From the IMG/VR virus record IMGVR_UViG_3300036803_000040, positions 11,615-75,614 of that record: a stretch of 64,000 nt of DNA; one strand, written 5' to 3'. This stretch comes from a virus (taxonomy: Duplodnaviria; Caudoviricetes). Within the stretch, counting starts at the first letter, position 1. Every line of letters starts with the position of its first letter. Position numbers and translations under genes: made by a program. Below the pieces are notes generated by a model. It was not told the DNA's origin. It saw only the letters and a program-made list of their open reading frames with translations, and did not search any database. Positions 17,130-26,873 of this stretch are shown here, in pieces.

Positions 17130-17660
17130 CTACTGAGAGTGCCCGCGTTCCCCACGGACCGGGTGCTCCCTCAGCACGAAATCCGACGCCCACCGCGTCC
17201 CCGCCAGCTCGTCGAGCTCCCGACAGAACTCCCAGACCGACGCCGGCAACGCCGTGTGCGGCACTCGCACCCGTCGCGCTCCGTGCTCATGTCGCTCGTG
17301 AACGTCTGTTCGTAGGAGAACGCCGTTGCGGGGATCCCAGACACGCCCATAAAGCCCCCGAGCGCGAAGCTCACGCTTCGGGAGACAATGGTGGGCATGA
17401 AAGTCGGGATCGTCAGCATCACGTGCTCGGGAACCGGTGATGATGCACTCGCCGCCGGACGCCTCGAACACCTGTACCCGCCACTCCGCCGGCGACAGCG
17501 GGCCCTCCACCGGCCGCTGCTTGCGTTTCCGGGGCATCGGTGAGCGCTCGAGCTCGCGCCGGCCACGGTTCAGAAACTCCCGCACCTTCTCAGCGTCGGC
17601 CTTCAGCCCCGACTTGCGCTCGAGCCCCTTGCCGCGCTTCAGCGGCTTTCCCCGCTTCAT
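17130..17660 (-). CDS. HNH-like endonuclease
   Basis: CIITG...HAHHCLPK...WDPRNGVLL..DVHERH. Confidence 0.7.
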   Translation of the reverse strand: MKRGKPLKRGKGLERKSGLKADAEKVREFLNRGRRELERSPMPRKRKQRPVEGPLSPAEWRVQVFEASGGECIITGSRARDADDPDFHAHHCLPKRELRARGLYGRVWDPRNGVLLRTDVHERHEHGARRVRVPHTALPASVWEFCRELDELAGTRWASDFVLREHPVRGERGHSQ

Positions 17661-17881
17661 CGCAGGTAGGTGCCGTCGGCGGTCAGCCGCCACCTATGCG
17701 ACGTCTTGAGCTCACGAGCCCCGCGCTGGCCGGCGTCCAGCGGCCGGTAGCCCCGCGGCATCGAGCGGCACCGCTTGCCCTTCGGCGCCCCGCACTTAGG
17801 GCACGCCACCCGCTCGTGCACGGTCGCCACCCGCTCCTCGAGCTCGCGAGCGGCGCGGGCCATCTCCTCCTCGATACTCAC
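17657..17881 (-). CDS. Zn-finger protein
   Basis: CPKCGAPKGKRC...H..R. Confidence 0.7.
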   Translation of the reverse strand: MSIEEEMARAARELEERVATVHERVACPKCGAPKGKRCRSMPRGYRPLDAGQRGARELKTSHRWRLTADGTYLR

Positions 17882-19152
17882 GCCGGCGCTCGAGCGTGCT
17901 TGCGCGGCTTGACGCCCCGCTCAGCCTTCGCCCTGGCCGTCGACTCGCGCATCGCCTCCATCAGCTGCGCGTCGAGATCAGCGTGGCCACCACGATCTGA
18001 GTCATCCGGCGTGAAGAAACCGAACCGCCGGCCCCCGCCCTTGATCGTGTACCAGCCGATCACCTGCCGGCCCTTCGCCCACCGCACCGGCACCGGTGGA
18101 GCTCCCGCATCGATCAGCCCCTTCAGCCCCTCCCGCGCCATCTTCTCGATCCGCTTGGCGACCTGCATGCGAGCCGCCCACATCGGCGCCGTCTGCTCTG
18201 AGACAGCGCCCCCGTTGGCCACCCGCACCTCCTCCTCGATCGGGCAGGCCGTCGGCTTGTTACAGAACCCGCAGTGCTTGCCCGGCTGCGGCTTCCACCA
18301 CTGCAGCGCGTCCATGTCGACGTAGCCGTCAGCGTCAGGCTTGAGGTTCGGCCGGCCCTGCGCGAGAGCTCGATCGAGCGCGTGCACCACCGCGGCGATC
18401 TCCTGCTCGACGTCCTCCATCTGATGCCGATGGATCGTCGCCTTGCGGACCTTCGTCTTGCGCGGGTAGAACTCCCGGAGCGTCACCCGGTTGATATTGC
18501 GGTAGTTGCGCATCACGAGATAGCCATACCAGCGCTGCTGGAAATAGCCGTGATAACTCAGCCCCTTGAGCTCCTCATCGTCATAGCCCTTCGGCTCGGT
18601 GTCCTTCGGCTCGGGTGGCAGCCCAAACGTGTCCTTCCAATCGATCACGACCGCCCCGTCCGGCGGATCGAACAGCAACGCGTCCAGCGTGCCGGTGATC
18701 GTCCGCCGGCGCACCTCCCCGTTGTCGTCCGCATAGGCGATCTCCGCCTCGAGCTTGCGTTCGATGTCGACGATCCGACCCGTCGAGAACGTGTTGTCCT
18801 TCGCGAACTTGTCCACCGACATCCGCAGCTCGGGCATCTGACGCATCGGCACCCGCACGATGTCCTCCGCCGGCACGTTGCGCTGATGGCAGACCTCGAG
18901 CAGAATCGCGAGCGCTTCCTTGCGCGGGATCGTGGTCACCTCCTGCGCCTGCATCGTGCGCAGGATCTCCGCCGCGGTGCGGTGAAAGATTGTCCCGCGC
19001 GCCTGCGGCGTCGTTGACCACCCGTTCGCGTAGCGCATCGCGAACCATGCGCTCAGCGGACAGTCGTCATAGTTCGACGCGAGCGACTGCCGGACCGTCG
19101 GCCACAGCTCGAGCACCTTCTCAAAGCTGACCGGCTGCTCGGGCGCCCTCAC
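17878..19152 (-). CDS. PD-(D/E)XK exonuclease (RecB/Cas4-like)
   Basis: GTIFH, GTLDAL...VIDWK, QQRWY, PGKHCGFC...CP. Confidence 0.85.
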   Translation of the reverse strand: MRAPEQPVSFEKVLELWPTVRQSLASNYDDCPLSAWFAMRYANGWSTTPQARGTIFHRTAAEILRTMQAQEVTTIPRKEALAILLEVCHQRNVPAEDIVRVPMRQMPELRMSVDKFAKDNTFSTGRIVDIERKLEAEIAYADDNGEVRRRTITGTLDALLFDPPDGAVVIDWKDTFGLPPEPKDTEPKGYDDEELKGLSYHGYFQQRWYGYLVMRNYRNINRVTLREFYPRKTKVRKATIHRHQMEDVEQEIAAVVHALDRALAQGRPNLKPDADGYVDMDALQWWKPQPGKHCGFCNKPTACPIEEEVRVANGGAVSEQTAPMWAARMQVAKRIEKMAREGLKGLIDAGAPPVPVRWAKGRQVIGWYTIKGGGRRFGFFTPDDSDRGGHADLDAQLMEAMRESTARAKAERGVKPRKHARAPA

Positions 19153-20282
19153 AGCAGCGAGCCCTGATCCGGGTTGCGGACCGCCTCGAGCTCAGACTCG
19201 ACCTGCTCGAGCTCGGCGACGAGCTCGCTCGCCTCGCGCTCCTCGAGCACCGGTTCGTTCAGAGCGTCCTCGATCGTGGCCTTGCGCTTCTCGAGCCCGG
19301 CCACGCGGTCGGCGTCGACCACTACCGCGTCCTGCACGCTCTCCGCCTCGCTCGCGGCCGCTGGCGGGCTCTCCGGGCCCGGCGCATGCTCACCGTCCAC
19401 CACCTCCTCCGCCGGCTCAGACGCCCGCGCAGCGTCCACCTCCGCCTCGAGCCGGTCGGCGATCGCCTCGAGCTCCTCCGTGGAGCGGCCGGCCATCACC
19501 AGCTCGCACTTCGCCGGTGACCACTTCGCCGCGGCGCTGGCCAGCGCCAGCCGTTCCCGCAGCTTCGCGTCGGCGGCGAGCTCGGCGAAATCGAACGGCT
19601 GCGCGCCCTCGCCGGCGGACGGCAGCGACGCCGGCCCCATCTCCTGCATCTGCTGCACCCGCGGGATCTCCCCATCAGAGAGCACGTGGCCGAGATTCAG
19701 CCGCTTACGGCCCGCGCCGATCATCGCGCACTTCTCCATCATCGCCGACTCCTGATTGCCCCACGGCGACTTCTCGAACTTCCAATCCTGATCGAACACG
19801 GGCGCGTACTCATCCCACCGGGCATAGAAGAATGCCGGCCGGCGCTTGGCGTCGACGTCGTGCAGGAACGCGTAGGCCCCGACGATCTTGCCGCGGTCAG
19901 CCGACCCGTAGCTGTGCGTCACCTCGACGGTCCCGTCACGCCGGCGGTTCATCCGAAACTTGTCGTTCTCGCGGACCGTCTCGGCTTCGTAGTAGTAGCC
20001 GTGCTCGGTCGCCTTCGCGACCAGCCCGTTGCGCCCGATGTACGGCGTCCACGCCGGACCCCCGGCATCCTTGGACTTGCCCGGCAGGAAGTAAATCTCC
20101 TGAATCAGCGGGTTCAGCCCGATGCCATCGGCGACCGCCAGGCAGTAGTGAAGCTGCGGCAGCGTGATCTCTTTGCCGCGAAACACGTTGCGCGCGACGA
20201 GCTCGACCATCTCCGCGTTCCACTGCTCGTCCGGCGCCCGCGTCAAGTCCAACGTGCGGCGCACAACAACATCAGTCGACAT
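19149..20282 (-). CDS. RecT/Red-beta-like single-strand annealing protein
   Basis: GLNPLIQEIYF...IGRNGL...IVGAYA...WDEY...W...MMEKCA; adjacent to the exonuclease. Confidence 0.8.
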   Translation of the reverse strand: MSTDVVVRRTLDLTRAPDEQWNAEMVELVARNVFRGKEITLPQLHYCLAVADGIGLNPLIQEIYFLPGKSKDAGGPAWTPYIGRNGLVAKATEHGYYYEAETVRENDKFRMNRRRDGTVEVTHSYGSADRGKIVGAYAFLHDVDAKRRPAFFYARWDEYAPVFDQDWKFEKSPWGNQESAMMEKCAMIGAGRKRLNLGHVLSDGEIPRVQQMQEMGPASLPSAGEGAQPFDFAELAADAKLRERLALASAAAKWSPAKCELVMAGRSTEELEAIADRLEAEVDAARASEPAEEVVDGEHAPGPESPPAAASEAESVQDAVVVDADRVAGLEKRKATIEDALNEPVLEEREASELVAELEQVESELEAVRNPDQGSLL

Positions 20283-20309
20283 CGATCCTCCTAGCTCGGG
20301 GTATCCGGC

Positions 20310-20327
20310 GATGATAACCGACTGATC
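20310..20327 (-). promoter_or_regulatory. GATAAC-N4-TGATC site with TATCAT -10 heading the recombination/replication operon
   Basis: gatgataaccgactgatc, located between a terminator and a GGAGG RBS. Confidence 0.65.
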
Positions 20328-20337
20328 AGATACGAAA

Positions 20338-20369
20338 GCGGGCCCGGCCACCCTAGGAACCGGACCCGC
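20338..20369 (-). terminator. Terminator after the lysis cassette
   Basis: Minus strand GCGGGTCCGG...CCGGGCCCGC-TTTCGTAT. Confidence 0.6.
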
Positions 20370-20430
20370 TCTCAAGCACCGCGCACCCCGAGCACGCGAA
20401 CGCCACTACAGAATACGGCCCAACCGGCAG

Positions 20431-20952
20431 CTAAGCCTGCGGCGCGTCCGGCCCCACCGGTGTGCCAGCCGCCGGCGGCGTGGCCGCGACCGGCGTCGGC
20501 TTCGCTGAGCTCGCCCGGACCACCTGCTGACGGTTCGTGCCGGCGCCCAGCGTGAGCGCGATACCCGACGGCTTCCACAGCAGATGATGCGACGCCAGCG
20601 CAGCGATCACGCCAGTCATCACGAGCTGCAGGGTCGCATCGTTGAAGCCGATCACGTTCGTGGCCAGCGCCGTGTAGAGCGCCGTGGCGATCGCCGCGGC
20701 GAGCACCAGCACCGCCGCCTTGATCGGCTCAGACAGCCACGGGCCGACATGATTGAGCACGTAGGTGAACAGCGGGACGATCGCGCCGATGATCAGCGGC
20801 CATATCTGCTGCCACGGCAGCACCAGCGTCGGAGCGGACTTCGCGACCGACGCGCCGGCGGGAACGGGAGCAAAGAAGAGGCAGAACAGGCCGAGCAGCG
20901 CGCCGGCCATGATGACCCGGAGCAGCCATCGAAGATCGAAGATCAGCGTCAC
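20431..20952 (-). CDS. Holin-like membrane protein
   Basis: Multiple TM segments, HHLLWKPSG motif, follows the lysin. Confidence 0.7.
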   Translation of the reverse strand: MTLIFDLRWLLRVIMAGALLGLFCLFFAPVPAGASVAKSAPTLVLPWQQIWPLIIGAIVPLFTYVLNHVGPWLSEPIKAAVLVLAAAIATALYTALATNVIGFNDATLQLVMTGVIAALASHHLLWKPSGIALTLGAGTNRQQVVRASSAKPTPVAATPPAAGTPVGPDAPQA

Positions 20953-20966
20953 GAGGTTCCTTTCGG

Positions 20967-21911
20967 TCAGAGGTGAATCGAGGTGAGGTGATTGAGCGCC
21001 TGCCACCTAAAGCCGCGCCAGTCCGCGCCCCAGCTCGGCGGATGCTCGAAGTGTGAGACGGCCCAGACGCGCTTGCGCAGCAGCACCAGCTGGCCCTGCA
21101 GCTGCTTGAGCTGATTCTCACTCTGCGCCCGGTGCGCCAGCAGCCGATAGAACTCGCTGACCGCCCCGCGCTCATTGATCCGGTGGCCGTTGATCACGAA
21201 CACCTGATTGGGGAACCGCTCGAGGTGATGCGGATCCGCGACGGGTGGCATCGGCGTCAGGAAGCGGGAGCGCTCCGTGCGCCGGCGCGTGCGCAGCCCG
21301 GCGAGCACCGCCCCGCCGGCGACGTCGTACATCAGCATCGCGTCCGCGGCGCCGCGGTAGTTGCGGGCGCGTAGCAGCCGGCCGATCGTCCACCCCGAGC
21401 TCATCGAGCCGGGCCCAAGGTTGTAGACGAACGAGCACAGCGCATCGAACTCGTGTTGATTGAGCGGGATCCGCAGCCCTCGGACCGCCGGCTCGCAGAA
21501 CTTGGCGACGTACAGCCGCAGCCAGCCCTCAGCCTGCCCGCGGTTGCAGGTCCGCGGCAGCGGCCAGATCACCGAGCTCGTCGTGCCGTAGCCGATCGTC
21601 GGGACGCCCACCGCGTCGCGGTACTGAACCCCGGAGTAGCCCTCAAAGCCCTCGATCAGATGCAGCCCGTCAACCGAAATGTGCTGGACGGCCGCGGCCG
21701 CGGTCAGCTCGGCGAGCTCGGGCTCGATCCGCCACCGGTCAGCCTCGGTCAGCCCGTCCTCGAGATCAGGCCGGCGTGTGCTCTCGAGCGGCAGCTGCGC
21801 TGTCGCCTGCGTCTCGTCCGCCGGCGCGCCGTCCGGTGCGACGCTGCTCAGCTCCGCCTCATCGGTGGGGAGCTCGGCGGCTGTGAGCTCGGTCTGCTCG
21901 GTGACGCTCAT
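20967..21911 (-). CDS. Endolysin, GH24 phage lysozyme
   Basis: LIEGFEG...YRDAVGVPTIGYG...FDALCSFVYNLG...GLRTRRRTER. Confidence 0.9.
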   Translation of the reverse strand: MSVTEQTELTAAELPTDEAELSSVAPDGAPADETQATAQLPLESTRRPDLEDGLTEADRWRIEPELAELTAAAAVQHISVDGLHLIEGFEGYSGVQYRDAVGVPTIGYGTTSSVIWPLPRTCNRGQAEGWLRLYVAKFCEPAVRGLRIPLNQHEFDALCSFVYNLGPGSMSSGWTIGRLLRARNYRGAADAMLMYDVAGGAVLAGLRTRRRTERSRFLTPMPPVADPHHLERFPNQVFVINGHRINERGAVSEFYRLLAHRAQSENQLKQLQGQLVLLRKRVWAVSHFEHPPSWGADWRGFRWQALNHLTSIHL

Positions 21912-21914
21912 CGT

Positions 21915-22595
21915 CTACACCTCCCGCTTATGGGTGCGCCGGCACACCTCGGCGGAGTGTGCGAGCACCACCTCGGTGCGACCGTCGCAGATCCCGTGAG
22001 TGACCGGCAGGTTGTGCTTGCGCTTGAAACGGACCAGCGCGCCGTGCACCTGCCGGTTGAAAGTCCAGTAGCGGCGCGGGAGATAGCCGCACGTGTGCAG
22101 CCGCGTGGTCATCATCAGCACCCGCGAGCCGCGGTCCCCGTAGACGAGCGCACTGTCGGCCGTCTCGATCACCAGCGGCGTCGAGATCAGCCTGTCAAAC
22201 CAGTGATGCGTCGCCTTCGGGCCCGGCAGCCCACCGAACGCCTCGCCGAGCTCCACCCAGCCGCCGACGGTGCCGGCCCAATTGTGGCCCTGATTGGCCA
22301 GCGACAGCGGATGCCCGAAACTGAAATGCTCGCCGGCGCTGACCAGCGCGGTTGTGTGCCCCAAGTAATACTCGTGGCCGGCCCACGGGCCCGAGTCGAT
22401 CCGGACGACGGGATAGTGCGGCCCGAACCCGTTGGGGAATGGCACGTCCTCGAGGATGCGCACCACCTCGCCGTTGCCGGGCGCCTGCACGATGCCGTCC
22501 CAATTGGTCGCGAAGTCGCGACCCTCATCGTCCCACTTCAGCTCGAAATGGTGAGCGGCGGGAAGCCAGCCGTGCGCGGGAAAGACTGTTCTCAT
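21915..22595 (-). CDS. M23-like domain plus peptidoglycan-binding domain
   Basis: VQAPGNGEVV...YYLGH...VSAGE..; C-terminal GDRGSRV...FKRKHNL...GICD. Confidence 0.6.
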   Translation of the reverse strand: MRTVFPAHGWLPAAHHFELKWDDEGRDFATNWDGIVQAPGNGEVVRILEDVPFPNGFGPHYPVVRIDSGPWAGHEYYLGHTTALVSAGEHFSFGHPLSLANQGHNWAGTVGGWVELGEAFGGLPGPKATHHWFDRLISTPLVIETADSALVYGDRGSRVLMMTTRLHTCGYLPRRYWTFNRQVHGALVRFKRKHNLPVTHGICDGRTEVVLAHSAEVCRRTHKREV

Positions 22596-22630
22596 GGCTC
22601 CGCAGTCTGGCGCACGCCCGAGACGGAAGC

Positions 22631-22645
22631 CATCACTCAGTTATC
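22631..22645 (+). promoter_or_regulatory. Inverted-orientation copy of the GATAAC-N4-TGAT site upstream of the lysis genes
   Basis: catcactcagttatc (reverse complement GATAACTGAGTGATG). Confidence 0.35.
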
Positions 22646-23828
22646 AGAGCTTCACAAACACGTTCGCGGCCGCGAACTGCTGCATGTTGTTGTGCGCCGT
22701 GCCCGAGCCCGCGTTCTGGACGGTGACGCCCGTCGCGGCACCGCGGATCGAGATCCCGGTGCCGGCGCCAAAGATGCCGATGCCCGTCCCGGATCCGGCT
22801 GTTCCGTACTCAGCGCCGCCCCCGTAGTTGTTGTTCGTGTTCGTCATCGCCTGGCCCGCACCGGACTGCGGCATGAACGGTGTCGCTGACCAGCCGGCGT
22901 TACCGGGATTCGTCGGCGGACCGTTCATCCCGTGCGAATGGCCGGGATCGCTGACGCCGTGGCCGTGGCCCGGATCGTTGATCCCATGCGCGTGCGTGGG
23001 ATCGGTGACGCCGTGGCCGTGGACCGGGAGCTCTGCGACGCTCAGCACGTGCGTGTTCTCACCGCCGCGGGTGCCGAGCGGCCGGGTGACGCTCGCGCCG
23101 ATGATCGTCGTGTCGCGGTAGTCCGGCACGTTGAAGGTCGTTGAGCCGTCGCCGGCGCCGTGCCGGGTGCCGATCGCGGCGAACAGTGCCGCGTAGCGCG
23201 GGTCGGCCCGCAGATAGGCCGTGCCGTCAGCCAGGACACACCCGACGCGTGTCGGCGCGGCGCTGACGATCAGATCGCCCGGCTGCGCGCTCGTGGAGTC
23301 AGCGACGGGGATCGCCCCGATCATCGCCGGCGTCAGCGCGTCCGGGCCCCCGGCGGCATGCCGGCCAGCGTGCAGCGGCGTGACGGGCGCGAGCTGATCA
23401 AGGCGGGTGATCTTCGTGCCATCCCAGACCGCATTGCCGACCTGCCGGTAGACGTCGACCACGCCGGCGACGATCGTCGGCAGAGCGCCGGGCGCGAGGA
23501 TCGACAGGCCGAACGTGTAATCGGTGTCGTCGCTGAACGGCGCCGGCGACGCCGTGATGTTGTTGTTTTTCGCCGTCGCGAAGATCGGATATGTGCCGGC
23601 GGCACCGCCGGGATGCGCGATCGTGATCGGCGCCTCGATCCAGCGCCACAGCCCCTTGATCGACAGGATCGCCGCGGAGTCGTTCGCGCCGGCCGCGACC
23701 TGCACGTGCGTCGCGTCGGTCTGCACCAGCTGAAACTGCGAGCTGAGCACCGAGAGCACCTTCGTGAGCGCATTCGCGAACCACGACGGGAACACGTCGT
23801 CGCGGATAAACGTCTCCATCTGCAGCAT
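22644..23828 (-). CDS. Tail fibre with collar domain
   Basis: YAALFAAIGTRHGAGDGSTTFNVPD; repeated HxH...DP motifs; follows the baseplate genes. Confidence 0.85.
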   Translation of the reverse strand: MLQMETFIRDDVFPSWFANALTKVLSVLSSQFQLVQTDATHVQVAAGANDSAAILSIKGLWRWIEAPITIAHPGGAAGTYPIFATAKNNNITASPAPFSDDTDYTFGLSILAPGALPTIVAGVVDVYRQVGNAVWDGTKITRLDQLAPVTPLHAGRHAAGGPDALTPAMIGAIPVADSTSAQPGDLIVSAAPTRVGCVLADGTAYLRADPRYAALFAAIGTRHGAGDGSTTFNVPDYRDTTIIGASVTRPLGTRGGENTHVLSVAELPVHGHGVTDPTHAHGINDPGHGHGVSDPGHSHGMNGPPTNPGNAGWSATPFMPQSGAGQAMTNTNNNYGGGAEYGTAGSGTGIGIFGAGTGISIRGAATGVTVQNAGSGTAHNNMQQFAAANVFVKL

Positions 23829-23834
23829 CGCCAC

Positions 23835-23864
23835 AGCCTAAGCGCCGCTCGGCGCTGATACCCC
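23835..23864 (-). promoter_or_regulatory. Late-type promoter GGGGTAT-N17-TAGGCT
   Basis: 6 nt before ATG 23828. Confidence 0.6.
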
Positions 23865-23871
23865 GCGCGGC

Positions 23872-24429
23872 TTAGGCGCCGAACTCGTTTTCGTCGAGCT
23901 GTGAGACGTCGAGCTCGAACGTGGCCGTCGAGACGAACTCGATCTCGAGGTGCGCATCGGTGATGTCACGGATCTGCGTCTGCGCGTCAAGGAAGCTCGA
24001 TGAGCCCGACGGGAACGGGACGGTGATCTGAATGATGCCGTCCGCCGGCGAGCTCGGGTCCGCCGGGTCATGCTCGAGGTATGACCAGCCCGGCCCGACG
24101 ATCTCGGTGATCGTCTGCTCCCACTCAAAGCCCTCGCCGCCGCCGAGCGCCTTGCGCAGCCGCGCGAAGATCCGTTGCCGGCGCGTCGGAATGTCGGCGC
24201 CCGACCCTCCGACCGGCAGCCGGAGCTGAAACTCCCACGCGTCCAGCAGCACGTCCGCGGTGCCCGGATTGAACTGTGAGCGGACGATCTCGACTGCCGC
24301 CTCGACGAGCGCGACCTCTTTGGAGACGGCGTTCGCGACCGCCATGTACTCATAGCTGCCCCGCAGCGGCGGCGGGAGCTGCGCGAGCATCGCCTGCCCG
24401 AGCTCGGTCAATACGGCCGGATCGGGCAT
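23872..24429 (-). CDS. Baseplate wedge protein (YmfQ/DUF2313-like)
   Basis: Follows baseplate J; LLDAWEFQLRLP. Confidence 0.7.
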   Translation of the reverse strand: MPDPAVLTELGQAMLAQLPPPLRGSYEYMAVANAVSKEVALVEAAVEIVRSQFNPGTADVLLDAWEFQLRLPVGGSGADIPTRRQRIFARLRKALGGGEGFEWEQTITEIVGPGWSYLEHDPADPSSPADGIIQITVPFPSGSSSFLDAQTQIRDITDAHLEIEFVSTATFELDVSQLDENEFGA

Positions 24430-25634
24430 CAGAGCGCCAGTGACGCGAGATAGGGCGCCTGCGGCGGCGACAGCGACACAGCGACGTTCGCCGCGGCCCC
24501 GTTGAGCTGCACGCCGCCGGCGTCATGGATGCCCGGCCACGTGGCGATGATGCCGGCCACACGAGCGAGCACCGTCTCATCGCCGGGCAGCACCGTCAGC
24601 AGGTAGGCGGAGATCGCCGCGGCGATGTCAGGCTGCACCGCGACCGTGCCGCCCGTCCCGTCGGCGGAGTAGCCCGTCTCATAGACGATCGAGGCGACGG
24701 TCACAGCGATCCCGAGCGGGACGCTCGTCTCGACGCTGGCCTGCGCGCCGACGGGCGCCAGCCCTGAGCCCTTGCCGGGAACCGGGTCGATCGCCTGCTG
24801 CAGCCCGGTGACCACCGGCGTCGGTAGCGGCTGCCCGTTCGGGTCGGTGATGAGCACCAGCACGCTATTCGGGCCGGTCGGTGTCGGCACCACCTTGACG
24901 TTGCCGACGCCCGGCCATGCGCTCGCCCACTTGATATAGGCGGCGACGTTCGCCCCGCCCTGGCCGACGATCGCCTGCAGCACCCGGATCCGCAGCGACT
25001 CGTCGCTCTCGGGATCGGTGCCGCCGCCGGTAGCGGCCGCGTTGGTCACCGTGACACCGACCGGCAGCGGCGTGCTCGGTGCAGTGATCGCACCCGCGGC
25101 GACGTCGCCGGCGGCGCCGGGCTCGGTGGCCTGGATCGAAAGGTCAAGCGAGCCGGTGCCCGTGCCGGCGTCAGGGATGACACCGGCCTGCGTGACCTCA
25201 TAGGTCGGTGTCACATCGTCAGGCCCGATCGGGACGGTGGCCACGGTCGTGCCGAGCGTGATCTCGGTGCCGGCGGGCCCGGCGAACGTCTCGGTGCCCA
25301 GCGAGCGCGTCGCCTCGAGCCGGTCGATGTTGTAGGCCGCGGCGAGATCGTCGAGATAGGTGCCCCACGCCCAGAGAATGAACGCCGACATCGGCACCTC
25401 GGTGCCGGCCAGGTCATACAGCCGAGCGCACTCGCGGACGGCCGGCATCACCGCCATGTACCAGTGCCCGCCCTCCCGCGTGTCCACCCACTGATCGGCG
25501 TCGGCGACGGGATCGAGGCCCTCGTTCGCCCAATCGATCCACCGGTTGAGGATCACGTCCTCGGTTTGATCCGCGAACAGGCCGACGAAATCGATCGTCG
25601 GGTCTATCGCGGATGCGGGCGCGCTCGTGCTCAT
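24429..25634 (-). CDS. Baseplate J-like protein
   Basis: AWGTYLDDLA, GAAGDVAAGAI, GGTDPESDESLRIR, ANVAAYIKWA. Confidence 0.9.
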   Translation of the reverse strand: MSTSAPASAIDPTIDFVGLFADQTEDVILNRWIDWANEGLDPVADADQWVDTREGGHWYMAVMPAVRECARLYDLAGTEVPMSAFILWAWGTYLDDLAAAYNIDRLEATRSLGTETFAGPAGTEITLGTTVATVPIGPDDVTPTYEVTQAGVIPDAGTGTGSLDLSIQATEPGAAGDVAAGAITAPSTPLPVGVTVTNAAATGGGTDPESDESLRIRVLQAIVGQGGANVAAYIKWASAWPGVGNVKVVPTPTGPNSVLVLITDPNGQPLPTPVVTGLQQAIDPVPGKGSGLAPVGAQASVETSVPLGIAVTVASIVYETGYSADGTGGTVAVQPDIAAAISAYLLTVLPGDETVLARVAGIIATWPGIHDAGGVQLNGAAANVAVSLSPPQAPYLASLAL

Positions 25635-26164
25635 GCTCCTCCTGCCTGAAGTGTGACGTTAGAGACGGTCACTGACTGATCCTCATCGGTGATCACGTCC
25701 ATGCTGAGCACGGTCAAGATGCCCGTCGTGGGATCCCAATCGAGGGAGATGTTCTCCACGCTCGTGATCCGATCGTGGACGAGCAGCGCCTCGACGATGC
25801 TGCGCTGCCAATCGGAGATCGCCTCGCCCTCGGCGAGCTCGCCGATGATCCCGTCGGGCTCCTCCATCCCGAACACGTCCGAGAAGATCGGGTGTGCGTA
25901 GCGGGCGGAGTGCATCGCCGCCTGGCACCACTCCGCTACCGCGTCGAGATCAGTGACCGGCGTCGCGGACTGTCCGGTGCGCACGAACTGCCCCGCCTGC
26001 CAATCAAACTGCCACGTCTGCCCGAGCGGCTGCGGCGGATCCGGTGTCGCCGGCGTCACCACGTCGGTGATCGCCAGCGCGCCGGCTGCGGCCGCGGCGA
26101 GATCCTCCGCCGGCGTGGACTGCGGATCGTCGGCCGGAACCAAAGTGAAATCGTTGAAGCTCAT
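25631..26164 (-). CDS. Baseplate wedge protein (gp25/DUF2634-like)
   Basis: FDW..G.F...AVAEW...ARY..IFS..FG.E...EALLVHDRI. Confidence 0.8.
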   Translation of the reverse strand: MSFNDFTLVPADDPQSTPAEDLAAAAAGALAITDVVTPATPDPPQPLGQTWQFDWQAGQFVRTGQSATPVTDLDAVAEWCQAAMHSARYAHPIFSDVFGMEEPDGIIGELAEGEAISDWQRSIVEALLVHDRITSVENISLDWDPTTGILTVLSMDVITDEDQSVTVSNVTLQAGGA

Positions 26165-26466
26165 CGGCTCACCACGTCAAACGCATGCCATTCCCCATCG
26201 TTACGGCCCACCCACACGAGATCGCCGACGGCCACCTGGCCGGCCGTCACCCGCGCCCGCAGAGTCTCCCCCAACGTGAAGTCAGGATCTCCGTCCTCGA
26301 GCGTGAGCTCGCCCTGCACCTCGCCGATCACGAACGGAGAGATCGTCATCACCGTGAAGCGGTCGACGCCCGAGAGCTCGTTCGCGTGCACCTCACGGAC
26401 CAGCGCGCGCAGCCGCATCGCGAGCTGATCGAACACCTGCCCGTTGCGAGGCTCGCGGGTTCTCAT
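26161..26466 (-). CDS. Putative baseplate spike/OB-fold protein
   Basis: Position after the hub; VAVGDLVWV. Confidence 0.55.
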   Translation of the reverse strand: MRTREPRNGQVFDQLAMRLRALVREVHANELSGVDRFTVMTISPFVIGEVQGELTLEDGDPDFTLGETLRARVTAGQVAVGDLVWVGRNDGEWHAFDVVSR

Positions 26467-26873
26467 CCGACCGGCGCCACATTCGCCTGCAGGGACACGA
26501 TCGTCAGCCGGTTCAGCGCCAGGAACAGCCGGCGGGTGATCGACACCTGCGCCGGCACGTCGGCGGAGTCCAGCACGTAGGCGAACACCTCCCGCGTGTA
26601 GAACTGCACGCGGATGATCTCGCCGATCAGATCGTCAAGCCCGGCGCCCGTCTGCACCAGCGCGAAGCTGCCGGACTCCGGGTTCACGCTCGAGTCATGC
26701 CAGCCGACAGCGAGCCGCTGCGGGTCGGCCAACGGCCCGCCGGCGAATAGCGCCTGCGCGGTGGAGAACACGCGCCGGCCGGCGAGGATCTCGAGCTCCT
26801 GCCCGCCCGCCGGCGTCGACGTCGGCGGTGTCGCCCCCGGAGTCGCGGGGATCAGATCAACGATTTCAGGGAT
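26463..26873 (-). CDS. Baseplate-region hypothetical protein (start uncertain: GTG 26771 or ATC 26873)
   Basis: Frame is open up to an ATC preceded by AAGGGG. Confidence 0.55.
   Translation of the reverse strand: MPEIVDLIPATPGATPPTSTPAGGQELEILAGRRVFSTAQALFAGGPLADPQRLAVGWHDSSVNPESGSFALVQTGAGLDDLIGEIIRVQFYTREVFAYVLDSADVPAQVSITRRLFLALNRLTIVSLQANVAPVG

Noticed and set aside
17878-19152. Cas4 / CRISPR adaptation gene
   Set aside because: No cas1/cas2 or array; adjacency to the RecT-like gene fits a recombination exonuclease.
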